Part shown: one piece after another, positions 1 to 7,107 of the stretch
How the letters are laid out: every line of letters begins with the position of its first letter
Numbering within the stretch: position 1 is the stretch's first letter
Source of the DNA: an uncultured virus (IMG/VR IMGVR_UViG_3300028327_000691)
Lineage: Duplodnaviria; Heunggongvirae; Uroviricota; Caudoviricetes
Reading direction: 5' to 3' (one strand)
DNA length: 20,000 nucleotides
IMG/VR virus record: IMGVR_UViG_3300028327_000691
Notes under the pieces: generated by a model
What the model saw: only the letters and a program-made list of their open reading frames with translations
The model's database searches: none
What the model was told of the DNA's origin: nothing
Made by a program: the position numbers and the translations under genes

Positions 1-909
1 TATTTCCGAAATGACGAAGGAGACGGGGCCAGAAACGCTAATTGCGGTTTGATACGGCTGGCGAAAAAATGGATTAACGACATAGCCGGAGGCGGATCGT
101 TTTATAAGAAAAACATGAAGTTTTTCACCAGAGCGGAAGCGCATTATTTTCTATGCTCGAAAGTGCCTTACGAGGATTGCAGTTCTATAATCAAGCTGTA
201 TTTCTACGCGAAATGCAGGGCAAGGGCTATAAATCACAAATTGAGCATGATTACGGCGGCTGTGTTCCATGTGAAGTTTTTAACTTGTTTCAAAAACAGC
301 CTTATAGAAAGCTTCCTTGATTTGATTGCGAGAACGCCCGAGTATCGGTATGACAAAGGGACAATCGGAGACATCTGCGATTTTATCCTTGCGAAAATAC
401 GGGAACGGAAGAATAGTTCTTTCTCCTTTAGCGGCCGGACGATTTACAGCGTCATAAAGCTTTGCAACGAATGGCACGAACAGGTCAGGAGAGAAGCGGA
501 ACGGGCGCGGAGAATGGCCGCTTTGCCAAACGGAAAGCCCGGCGGTATTCCGCGCTGGAGAGGACTGGGGATAGGCCGTTTCAGGTACGAAACGGAAGAA
601 TGCGTTTGGGTTGTAACGGAACTTACGTCGGCTCAGGATTTGGTAAATGAAGGGCGCAAGATGAAGAATTGCGTAGGAGGTTATGCGGACAAATGCGCTT
701 CCGGCTATTCCTCCGTTTTCTCGGTCGAAAGATTCAATAGAGAGAATAATCAGCTTATTGAAAATGCCGCTACTCTGGAAGTTAATGTTTCAAACCGTAC
801 GTTAATTCAGGCAAAAGGAAAATGTAACGCCGCGCTGCCGTCCCAAACCATGAGCGTGATTTCCCGATGGGCCGCAAGCAACGGGATTATTGTCAGGTTG
901 ACGGCGTAA
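1..909 (+). CDS. PcfJ-like domain protein, 5'-truncated by the window edge
   Basis: Frame +1 is open from base 1 (YFRNDEGDGARNANCGLIRL...), so the TTG at 49 is probably not the real start. The C-terminal half has the PcfJ-type signature: EWHEQ...W.G...VTELTSAQDLVNEGRKMKNCVGGYADKCASGYSSVFS...ATLEV...LIQAKGKCNA. Stop TAA at 907-909. Confidence 0.8.
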   Translation, partial: YFRNDEGDGARNANCGLIRLAKKWINDIAGGGSFYKKNMKFFTRAEAHYFLCSKVPYEDCSSIIKLYFYAKCRARAINHKLSMITAAVFHVKFLTCFKNSLIESFLDLIARTPEYRYDKGTIGDICDFILAKIRERKNSSFSFSGRTIYSVIKLCNEWHEQVRREAERARRMAALPNGKPGGIPRWRGLGIGRFRYETEECVWVVTELTSAQDLVNEGRKMKNCVGGYADKCASGYSSVFSVERFNRENNQLIENAATLEVNVSNRTLIQAKGKCNAALPSQTMSVISRWAASNGIIVRLTA

Positions 910-926
910 TCAATTCCATGTATAAT
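898..926 (+). promoter_or_regulatory. sigma70-type promoter for the DUF262 gene pair
   Basis: TTGACG (898-903), exactly 17 bp, TATAAT (921-926), about 55 bp upstream of ATG 981. Confidence 0.75.
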
Positions 927-966
927 TTTATGGACAGATAATAAACCTAATTCCTTATAACCGGAT

Positions 967-973
967 GAGGAGG
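967..973 (+). promoter_or_regulatory. Shine-Dalgarno sequence
   Basis: GAGGAGG ending 7 nt before ATG 981. Confidence 0.8.
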
Positions 974-980
974 CATTTAA

Positions 981-2462
981 ATGTCTACTAATTTAAAACT
1001 TGCAATAACCAAAATCGGTGACTTATTGCTGAGCAATAAAATTACACAGACACAGGATAAAGACGGTAACGAAATATCTAACATTAATTTAATGATACCA
1101 AATTATCAAAGGCCATATAAGTGGACTGCCAAACATGTAATTCAATTATTGGACGATATTATTGAGGCAAAAAACGCGAACAAGGAAACATATCGCGTCG
1201 GAACGCTTATTCTTCATCAGGAAAACGGAATAACTTATAACATAGTTGACGGACAGCAAAGAACCATTACCTTTTCACTGTTATTAAAGGCTTTTAAAAC
1301 CAATCCGGATATCAGGTTTTTAGAGCAGCTTTTGGCGGATAATCAGTATAACACGCGCAATGTACCAAATAATTTCCGTACTCTGGAAACGCGCATTGAT
1401 AACATTATGGATGAAAAAGAAAAGAAGGAGCTATTTGAATATATTCAGAAAAACTGCGAGCTTATAGTTGTAATCACCGATGACATTTCAGAAGCTTTCC
1501 AGTTCTTTGATTCACAAAACGCCCGCGGTAAAAAGCTGTATCCGCATGATTTGCTCAAAGCGTATCATCTTCGCGAGATGAACGATATGGACACGGCGGA
1601 AATCGAGAAGACGGTAAAGGATTGGGAGGATTTAAACCAGGAAGCTTTGTCCGCGCTGTTCAATGAGTATCTGTACCGCGTTAAAGAATGGGTGAAGGGC
1701 GACAGGGCGTGGGAATTAACAGAGCAAAATATCCATAAATTTAAGGGTATAACCCGGCAGAAAAATTATCCTTATGCGCAGTTTTACAAAGGCGCATACG
1801 CGTATTCGGATATGGTCAAACATTCCGCAATGCCGTTTGTTGCGGGCATACGAAACCTTAACGCTTTTCAATTAGACACCCCGATTATCGCGGGGAAACC
1901 GTTTTTTGACTACGCAAAGCATTACTTTGAGATTCTGAAGGATATTCAGAATAATGACAAATACGAAGGTTATTTCATCAATGATAACAAAATTGTAAAA
2001 ACACTTGACCTGGGCAAGTATAGAAACGGCGTAGGAAACCGGATTACAAGACTGTTATTCGATACCGCTATTTTGCTTTACGTCGACAGGTTCTGCCCGG
2101 AAAGACCGGCAAAAAAAGATTTGGATATGCTAGACCAGTTTGTGGTATTTGCATTTATCTGGGCTTATTCGCTTAGGGCGCAGTATTACAATCTTGGCTG
2201 GCTTTCTGCGCAGAACTTTATTATGGGCAATGATGACGTGATTAACTCGTTCAACATTTACAGAGTCATAACGGAAGCCGATTCGCCCGAAGCGCTCCTG
2301 AGTATGCTTGCTGATAAAGTAAAACCTTTGCCTGACAACTCCATAGTACAAAGATACAAAGATAACATAGATGAACTTGTTAAAGACGATAATAAAGACG
2401 AAGTATATCAAAACTTTCTTTTCTACTTTAAGAAGTACAAATTTTACGGAGAACGAAAATGA
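981..2462 (+). CDS. DUF262 (GmrS/ParB-like) domain protein without a recognisable HNH; TgvA-like subunit of a GmrSD-family type IV restriction system
   Basis: 493 aa with all three DUF262 motifs: IPNYQRPYKW, IVDGQQRTIT (DGQQR at 1248-1262) and FFDSQNARGKKL. I see no EHxxP HNH motif in the C-terminal half (which has FQLDTPIIAGKPFFDY). Strong SD; overlaps the next gene by ATGA. Confidence 0.85.
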   Translation: MSTNLKLAITKIGDLLLSNKITQTQDKDGNEISNINLMIPNYQRPYKWTAKHVIQLLDDIIEAKNANKETYRVGTLILHQENGITYNIVDGQQRTITFSLLLKAFKTNPDIRFLEQLLADNQYNTRNVPNNFRTLETRIDNIMDEKEKKELFEYIQKNCELIVVITDDISEAFQFFDSQNARGKKLYPHDLLKAYHLREMNDMDTAEIEKTVKDWEDLNQEALSALFNEYLYRVKEWVKGDRAWELTEQNIHKFKGITRQKNYPYAQFYKGAYAYSDMVKHSAMPFVAGIRNLNAFQLDTPIIAGKPFFDYAKHYFEILKDIQNNDKYEGYFINDNKIVKTLDLGKYRNGVGNRITRLLFDTAILLYVDRFCPERPAKKDLDMLDQFVVFAFIWAYSLRAQYYNLGWLSAQNFIMGNDDVINSFNIYRVITEADSPEALLSMLADKVKPLPDNSIVQRYKDNIDELVKDDNKDEVYQNFLFYFKKYKFYGERK

Positions 2463-4567
2463 ATACTAAAAATCTGCCGCTTAAAGAAATGTCTATTAGT
2501 GAGATTTTTAACGGAGATAAGGCGACCTATGAAATCCCGATTTATCAGAGAAATTATGCGTGGGAAAAAGACGAGATTTCCGCGTTGATTCAGGATGTTT
2601 ATGACGCGTATGAAGCGGACAAGGCGAATACGTCAAACAAGCGGAAATATTTCATCGGCACATTGGTATCGTTCCAAAAAGGCGACAAAGTTTATGAGGT
2701 AATCGACGGACAGCAGCGGCTGACGACCATCAATCTTATTTTAAGCGTGTTGAAGATATCCATGAATAATAAATTGACTTACCGCGCGCGAAAAAAGTCT
2801 AATGATACCATAAAAAATATTTCGTCCTTAGAGACAGACGAAAAAAATAACGAAGAAACAGACGAAAAAGATAACGGAATTATAAAAGGCTACAATTTCG
2901 TAAAAGACAAAATAGACGAAGTTGTTCCCGCTAAGACCGATAAAAAGGTTTTTGGAGACTACTTTTGCGAATATGTTCATCTGATACATTATCAAGTGCC
3001 AAAGGATATAGATTTGAATCATTATTTTGAAATAATGAACTCAAGGGGCGAACAACTAGAAAAGCATGAAATTATTAAAGCGTGGTTTATTGCAGAGTTA
3101 AGTGATGCTGACGATAAAGCAATTTTTAGCCGTCTTTGGGAATCTTGCAGTGAAATGAATGTCTACATTCAGCAGAAATACGCGCAGCAGTATAACAATC
3201 AGCAAAAAAACGATGATGTTAAAGAAATATTCGGCGAACAATTATGTGATTTTAAAGTCAAATCTTTTGGTGGTTTACTGAGAGCTCCTGATAATTTTGG
3301 TAAAAAAAGCATTACCGACCTTATCAATAGCGCGGGGAGTAACGGCGCCGGAGAACAGAAAGATAAAATTGACACATTCCAGCCTATTATTGATTTTTCG
3401 AATTTCCTGTTGGTTGTGCTAAAACTTACTTTAATAACAGAAAAAAAAGATTTTATACCGACGAGTTTTATTTTAGACGACAAAGAACTCATAAAAGAGT
3501 TTTTCAAGGTGAAAGCTACGGAGCTTTGGAACGCGGATTTTATTAAGCGATTCAGTTTTAATTTGCTAAAAGCAAAATATCTATTGGATAATTATCTCGT
3601 TCATCATTCCAACGAAGACGATACTGTGGAGAATAATCCCTGGAAGCTGCAGCAATACTGGCAGCAGAAACAAGGCAAAAAGGGCTATCTGATAAATCTG
3701 GGCGGCGAAGACGAAAACGGCATACAGCATAAATTGGTGCATCTGCTTTCTATGTTCGAAGTGTCATTTACGGCACGACAAAGAAAAAATTACCTTTTCT
3801 ACTGCCTGTTGTATCTGTTTAAGGCAGAAAGTTGGAATGTCTCCGAGTATTACAAATTTGTTTCGGATTTAGCCGATAAATATTTTTTTGACGTATATTT
3901 GAAGAAGGATAATCTCAATGAAATTAATACTCCTAAGCCGGGCAGTTTTGACGATACCTTACTTGTTAAAAATATACTCGACAGAGAATTGCACAATAAG
4001 AATTTTAATTTTACAGACATTTACGGAGACGGAGAAAAAAAAGCATCGGCGGGGATCCCGCTGTTTATCTTTAACTATCTTGACTATAAGTTATGGGAAA
4101 AATACTCCAACGAACTGCGCGGCGAGAAAAGTAAAGAAGGAGACAAAACAAGAAGCGCCTTTTTTGAGGCTCTCAGATGCAGTGACTTCGGTCTAAGGGT
4201 TTTTGAACAATTTTATTTTTCAAGAACACGCAGGAGTTTGGAACATTATTATCCGCAGGCTAACGTAAATACTAAAAATGATACCCCTACAAAAGAACAA
4301 ATCAACTGTTTTGGTAATTACGCTATGATAGGCAGCGAAGCAAACAGTTCAGGTTCGAATTGGAGTCCGAAAGCTAAGCTGGACCACTACATGGATTCTT
4401 CCGGTAAGATAAAACAAGTCAGCGTCGCGTCAATCAAGTTTATGATTATGATGCAGATGTGCAAGGACAATCTGGAAAGCCGAAAGAGAGATGCTGGGAA
4501 AGAGTGGATATTCGCCGACATAAAAGCGCACCAAAGCAAAATGCTTAATATTCTTGGCGTGAAATAA
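2459..4567 (+). CDS. GmrSD-family modification-dependent restriction endonuclease (DUF262 + DUF1524 HNH); TgvB-like
   Basis: 702 aa. N-terminal IPIYQRNYAW, VIDGQQRLTT (2705-2719) and YFEIMNSRGEQL. C-terminal His-Me finger SLEHYYPQ (EHYYPQ at 4241-4258)...FGNYAMIGSEANSSGSN. ATGA overlap with the upstream gene indicates translational coupling. Confidence 0.9.
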   Translation: MNTKNLPLKEMSISEIFNGDKATYEIPIYQRNYAWEKDEISALIQDVYDAYEADKANTSNKRKYFIGTLVSFQKGDKVYEVIDGQQRLTTINLILSVLKISMNNKLTYRARKKSNDTIKNISSLETDEKNNEETDEKDNGIIKGYNFVKDKIDEVVPAKTDKKVFGDYFCEYVHLIHYQVPKDIDLNHYFEIMNSRGEQLEKHEIIKAWFIAELSDADDKAIFSRLWESCSEMNVYIQQKYAQQYNNQQKNDDVKEIFGEQLCDFKVKSFGGLLRAPDNFGKKSITDLINSAGSNGAGEQKDKIDTFQPIIDFSNFLLVVLKLTLITEKKDFIPTSFILDDKELIKEFFKVKATELWNADFIKRFSFNLLKAKYLLDNYLVHHSNEDDTVENNPWKLQQYWQQKQGKKGYLINLGGEDENGIQHKLVHLLSMFEVSFTARQRKNYLFYCLLYLFKAESWNVSEYYKFVSDLADKYFFDVYLKKDNLNEINTPKPGSFDDTLLVKNILDRELHNKNFNFTDIYGDGEKKASAGIPLFIFNYLDYKLWEKYSNELRGEKSKEGDKTRSAFFEALRCSDFGLRVFEQFYFSRTRRSLEHYYPQANVNTKNDTPTKEQINCFGNYAMIGSEANSSGSNWSPKAKLDHYMDSSGKIKQVSVASIKFMIMMQMCKDNLESRKRDAGKEWIFADIKAHQSKMLNILGVK
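2831..2878 (+). repeat. 24-bp in-frame tandem duplication (ETDEKNNE / ETDEKDNG)
   Basis: gagacagacgaaaaaaataacgaa (2831-2854) versus gaaacagacgaaaaagataacgga (2855-2878): 21 of 24 bases identical. Confidence 0.75.
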
Positions 4568-4591
4568 ATCAAAAAGCGCCTTTCATCTTTT

Positions 4592-5659
4592 TCAGTTCTT
4601 TTCTCTAAACCTCAAAGGCAAAACCCTCTCCAAAAAATTAACATAAATCTCCCAAGACTTCTCCCCATATCCTCCCGCCGTAATCCACGCGGTGGGGATA
4701 TGCCTCTCCTGTAAAAAATTATAAACAAGCAAATCCCTTTCCAATAATGCCTCTTTTGTTAGTTGTAAAAGTTTTGTCGAAGCAAGCTCGTCTTTCTCGT
4801 ATGGATCAACGCCGCCGACTACGATGGCTATGTCAGGTTTGGGGAGAAGTTTTTCCAGACGCGAAAGACCTTCCGCGAGGCGCGGAACATAGTCCGCTTC
4901 ACGGCCTTCGGGAATTCCTATATCAATGTCGCTAGGCGTAAATGAAAGGTTAAAGTCAGTTGAAACCGAAGGATCGTAGACGGCTTTTGGATCGTATTCA
5001 GGCGCGTCTAAGGGCCAGCCCCTCTCCATGTGTATGCTCAGGGTGCGGATGGAAGAGTCTCCCCAAGTAAGAACGGCAGTGCCGTCTCCTTTGTGGGCGT
5101 CGGTGTCTACAATCCATGCGGCGTGTATGCGGTTCTCGGACTGAAGCCTGCGCAGGGCGATAACCATGTCGTTAATTATACAAAAGCCGTTGCCGGAATT
5201 TCTTTGAGCGTGGTGGTTGCCGCCGCCGAGAAAGAAGGCGAAACCTGCCTGCCCGGCGTTTTGGAGTTCCAAAGCGGTAAGACAGCAGGTATAGGTTCCA
5301 CCGGCGGTGATGAGAGACTGGGTAAAAAAGTCTTTTAAGGGGCGTGTTTGCTTTTCAGGATCCCAGCGGTCGTAACTGCCGTCCGGTTTGACAAGCTCAT
5401 AGGCTTTAATTACCTCTTTTTCAACGCCGGCGGGGGAAAAAAGCCGTTCAACATAATCCCCGGAATGTACGCGCAGTAGGTCCTCTTTTGTAATTTCCGC
5501 GAAAGATTCAGGGCCGCGCAGCCATAAAGCCTCGGGGGTATCCTTAAAAATACCGGTTTTTATGGCATCGAAGACCATTTTATGACTATTATATTCAATA
5601 GGGATAGAAATCCCGTAATCACGCATATTTAGGGCTGTTAAGGGGTTATAAAGAATCAT
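4592..5659 (-). CDS. Histone deacetylase family (Zn-dependent acetyl-lysine/acetylpolyamine amidohydrolase) protein
   Basis: Full catalytic motif set: GGGNHHA, GNGFCIIND, VDTDAHKGDGT, SIH, GGVDPYEKD, TAGGY. The ATG at 5659 (MILYNP, 355 aa) is preferred to the TTG at 5674, which lies inside the predicted promoter. Confidence 0.9.
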   Translation of the reverse strand: MILYNPLTALNMRDYGISIPIEYNSHKMVFDAIKTGIFKDTPEALWLRGPESFAEITKEDLLRVHSGDYVERLFSPAGVEKEVIKAYELVKPDGSYDRWDPEKQTRPLKDFFTQSLITAGGTYTCCLTALELQNAGQAGFAFFLGGGNHHAQRNSGNGFCIINDMVIALRRLQSENRIHAAWIVDTDAHKGDGTAVLTWGDSSIRTLSIHMERGWPLDAPEYDPKAVYDPSVSTDFNLSFTPSDIDIGIPEGREADYVPRLAEGLSRLEKLLPKPDIAIVVGGVDPYEKDELASTKLLQLTKEALLERDLLVYNFLQERHIPTAWITAGGYGEKSWEIYVNFLERVLPLRFREKN

Positions 5660-5664
5660 AAAAA

Positions 5665-5693
5665 AAAATACCAAACCATAATAATTAAGTCAA
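5665..5693 (-). promoter_or_regulatory. sigma70-type promoter (extended -10) for the deacetylase gene
   Basis: Minus strand: TTGACT (5693-5688), 17 bp ending in TGG, TATTTT (5670-5665), then 5 T and the ATG at 5659. Confidence 0.55.
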
Positions 5694-5709
5694 TATTTGC
5701 GGTAAAGAA

Positions 5710-5750
5710 TAGCAAAATTTATAAAAAACATTATAATATTCTCATGGAGA
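5710..5750 (+). promoter_or_regulatory. Putative promoter and RBS for the divergent gene at 5759
   Basis: Weak -35 TAGCAA (5710-5715), TATAAT (5732-5737), GGAGA (5746-5750) 8 nt before ATG 5759. Confidence 0.45.
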
Positions 5751-5758
5751 CAATATAA

Positions 5759-6736
5759 ATGAATATGATAAATATAAAAGAAATATTAAAACGAATAATA
5801 TCCGGCAAAAATATTAAAATCGCGTGTCTGGCGGCGGGAATTATTCTTATAATCGCGGCGATTATTTACAATTACAGTAAAAGACCGGTAAATATCTGGT
5901 TTGTTGAGCAGGGGTTGGAAGAAAAATGGGCGAAGGTTTTGCAGGAAGCGCAGGCGCCCGAGGCTTTTAAGGAAACGCGCACATGGGACGGGGTAACAAT
6001 TCCGGCGGAAGGCGGCATTTTAATTGCGACTAAACCGTGGAAAAATGATTCAAAAGTTTCCGTTTTTCACCGTCTGGCGTGGGATTTGGAATATCAGGGG
6101 GCAACAGTGCTGGCACTTGACCCGTGGATGATTTTTCGCAAACATACGGATCCCTCTTTGACAGTTGACCGAATTTTGTCAGAAAAGGGCGGAAACGGGG
6201 TATTATTGCTGCCCGGCAGGGATAAGTCTGTTGTTTGGGCATGGACAGGCCGCTTTATTCAGGATAAACCGGGGAATTTCCCCTCCGGAAACGCGATTTG
6301 GCGGGAATGGGAGGAAAAACTGTTTATTGGCAGCCGCTTCCCAAATGGTTCCCTGTCATATACATGGGCGGACGCGATGTTTCGCCTTATGGGAAAGGAA
6401 ACCGCGTGGATTTACGCGCCTTTAAGCTATTTTAGGCGTTATAACAACCCTCAAAAAGCCATTCTGGAAGCTTCCGCCTTCCCCGAATTCACAAACAGCG
6501 GCGAATACAGTATGCAGGCCGAAATTTTGTGGGCGCTTCCGACTGGTTCGGAAAAGAAACAGAAAAAACTGGTTTCTACCATTAACTGGCTTAAAAACCC
6601 AAATACGCAGACAATAATCGCCAATACTTTTGACTGGATACCCGCCGACCCTTACGGCAAACCTTACGATCCTATGTCATTTACTTCCCACCGTTTATGG
6701 CTTACGGCGGATTGGGTGTATACAATAGAAGAATAA
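5759..6736 (+). CDS. Hypothetical membrane-anchored exported protein, possibly a divergent extracellular solute-binding (PBP type II) fold
   Basis: 325 aa. Basic N-terminus, then one hydrophobic helix (IACLAAGIILIIAAIIY). LALDPWMIF and the C-terminal INWLKNPNTQTIIANTFDWIPADP resemble segments of ABC sugar-binding proteins. The CDS is well supported; the fold is an inference. Confidence 0.6.
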   Translation: MNMINIKEILKRIISGKNIKIACLAAGIILIIAAIIYNYSKRPVNIWFVEQGLEEKWAKVLQEAQAPEAFKETRTWDGVTIPAEGGILIATKPWKNDSKVSVFHRLAWDLEYQGATVLALDPWMIFRKHTDPSLTVDRILSEKGGNGVLLLPGRDKSVVWAWTGRFIQDKPGNFPSGNAIWREWEEKLFIGSRFPNGSLSYTWADAMFRLMGKETAWIYAPLSYFRRYNNPQKAILEASAFPEFTNSGEYSMQAEILWALPTGSEKKQKKLVSTINWLKNPNTQTIIANTFDWIPADPYGKPYDPMSFTSHRLWLTADWVYTIEE

Positions 6737-6747
6737 TGTTTTTCACG

Positions 6748-6819
6748 CGTGACACTATTACACATTTTGTTAATTTGATGTGAAATTTTAGCGTAACGTG
6801 ACACTATTTCAATTTTTGT
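6748..6819. repeat. Pair of 23-bp imperfect direct repeats with an exact 12-bp core CGTGACACTATT; candidate operator sites
   Basis: cgtgacactattacacattttgt (6748-6770) and cgtgacactatttcaatttttgt (6797-6819): 20 of 23 identical, 49-bp period. Copy 1 overlaps the perfect palindrome TCACGCGTGA (6743-6752). Confidence 0.7.
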
Positions 6820-6876
6820 AATAAAAAAAATATTTTTAAAAAAATAAAAAAAAATTAAAATTTTTTGCTTTTTCTA

Positions 6877-6905
6877 TTGAATTTAAATTTAATTTTCTAT
6901 ATAAT
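6877..6905 (+). promoter_or_regulatory. sigma70-type promoter for the giant lipoprotein gene, with an upstream AT tract
   Basis: TTGAAT (6877-6882), 17 bp, TATAAT (6900-6905), preceded by a 48-nt all-A/T stretch (6819-6866). Confidence 0.65.
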
Positions 6906-7094
6906 TATTATTGTAGAGTGAAGCTTAACAATTTTTCCGAGATATCCGGTTCCGGGTATCCGCCCCTTGTGTCAATATCATGTGTCTGTCCAGAGTATCT
7001 ATTTAATTTATTTAATTCTTGATATCTAACTTGTGTGTCAGTTTCGCGTAACAAACTGTGGTATCTAACTCAAAAAGTTAAAACTAAATCTAAG

Positions 7095-7099
7095 AGGAG
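7095..7099 (+). promoter_or_regulatory. Shine-Dalgarno sequence of the giant ORF
   Basis: AGGAG (within AAGAGGAGAGG) 8 nt before ATG 7108. Confidence 0.75.
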
Positions 7100-7107
7100 A
7101 GGTCTGT

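Noticed and set aside
981..4567. Assignment to SspE/phosphorothioate, Dazbog, Menshen or BREX-linked systems, which also use DUF262
   Set aside because: None of their partner genes are in the window; the double-DUF262 layout with one HNH fits a TgvAB-like pair better.
904..4575. Target-site duplication or att sites around the DUF262 cassette (aatcaa follows both stop codons)
   Set aside because: The match is about 6 bp of AT-rich sequence, and no integrase or transposase is present.
4568..4591. Possible bidirectional terminator between the convergent nuclease and deacetylase genes
   Set aside because: Only AAAG-CGC-CTTT can pair, which is too weak for an intrinsic terminator.
280..6425. Short ORFs nested in or antisense to the five left-hand genes (e.g. 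2130-2411, 3199-3507, 5030-5338, 6165-6425)
   Set aside because: They overlap well-supported longer genes and show no motifs or protein-like composition.
6749..6807. GTGACACTAT matches part of the SP6 phage promoter (ATTTAGGTGACACTATAG), raising vector contamination
   Set aside because: Only 10 bp match, the flanks differ in both copies and no other vector sequence is present.
6748..6819. Direct repeats as a mini CRISPR array
   Set aside because: Only two imperfect copies with a 26-bp gap, and no cas genes in the window.
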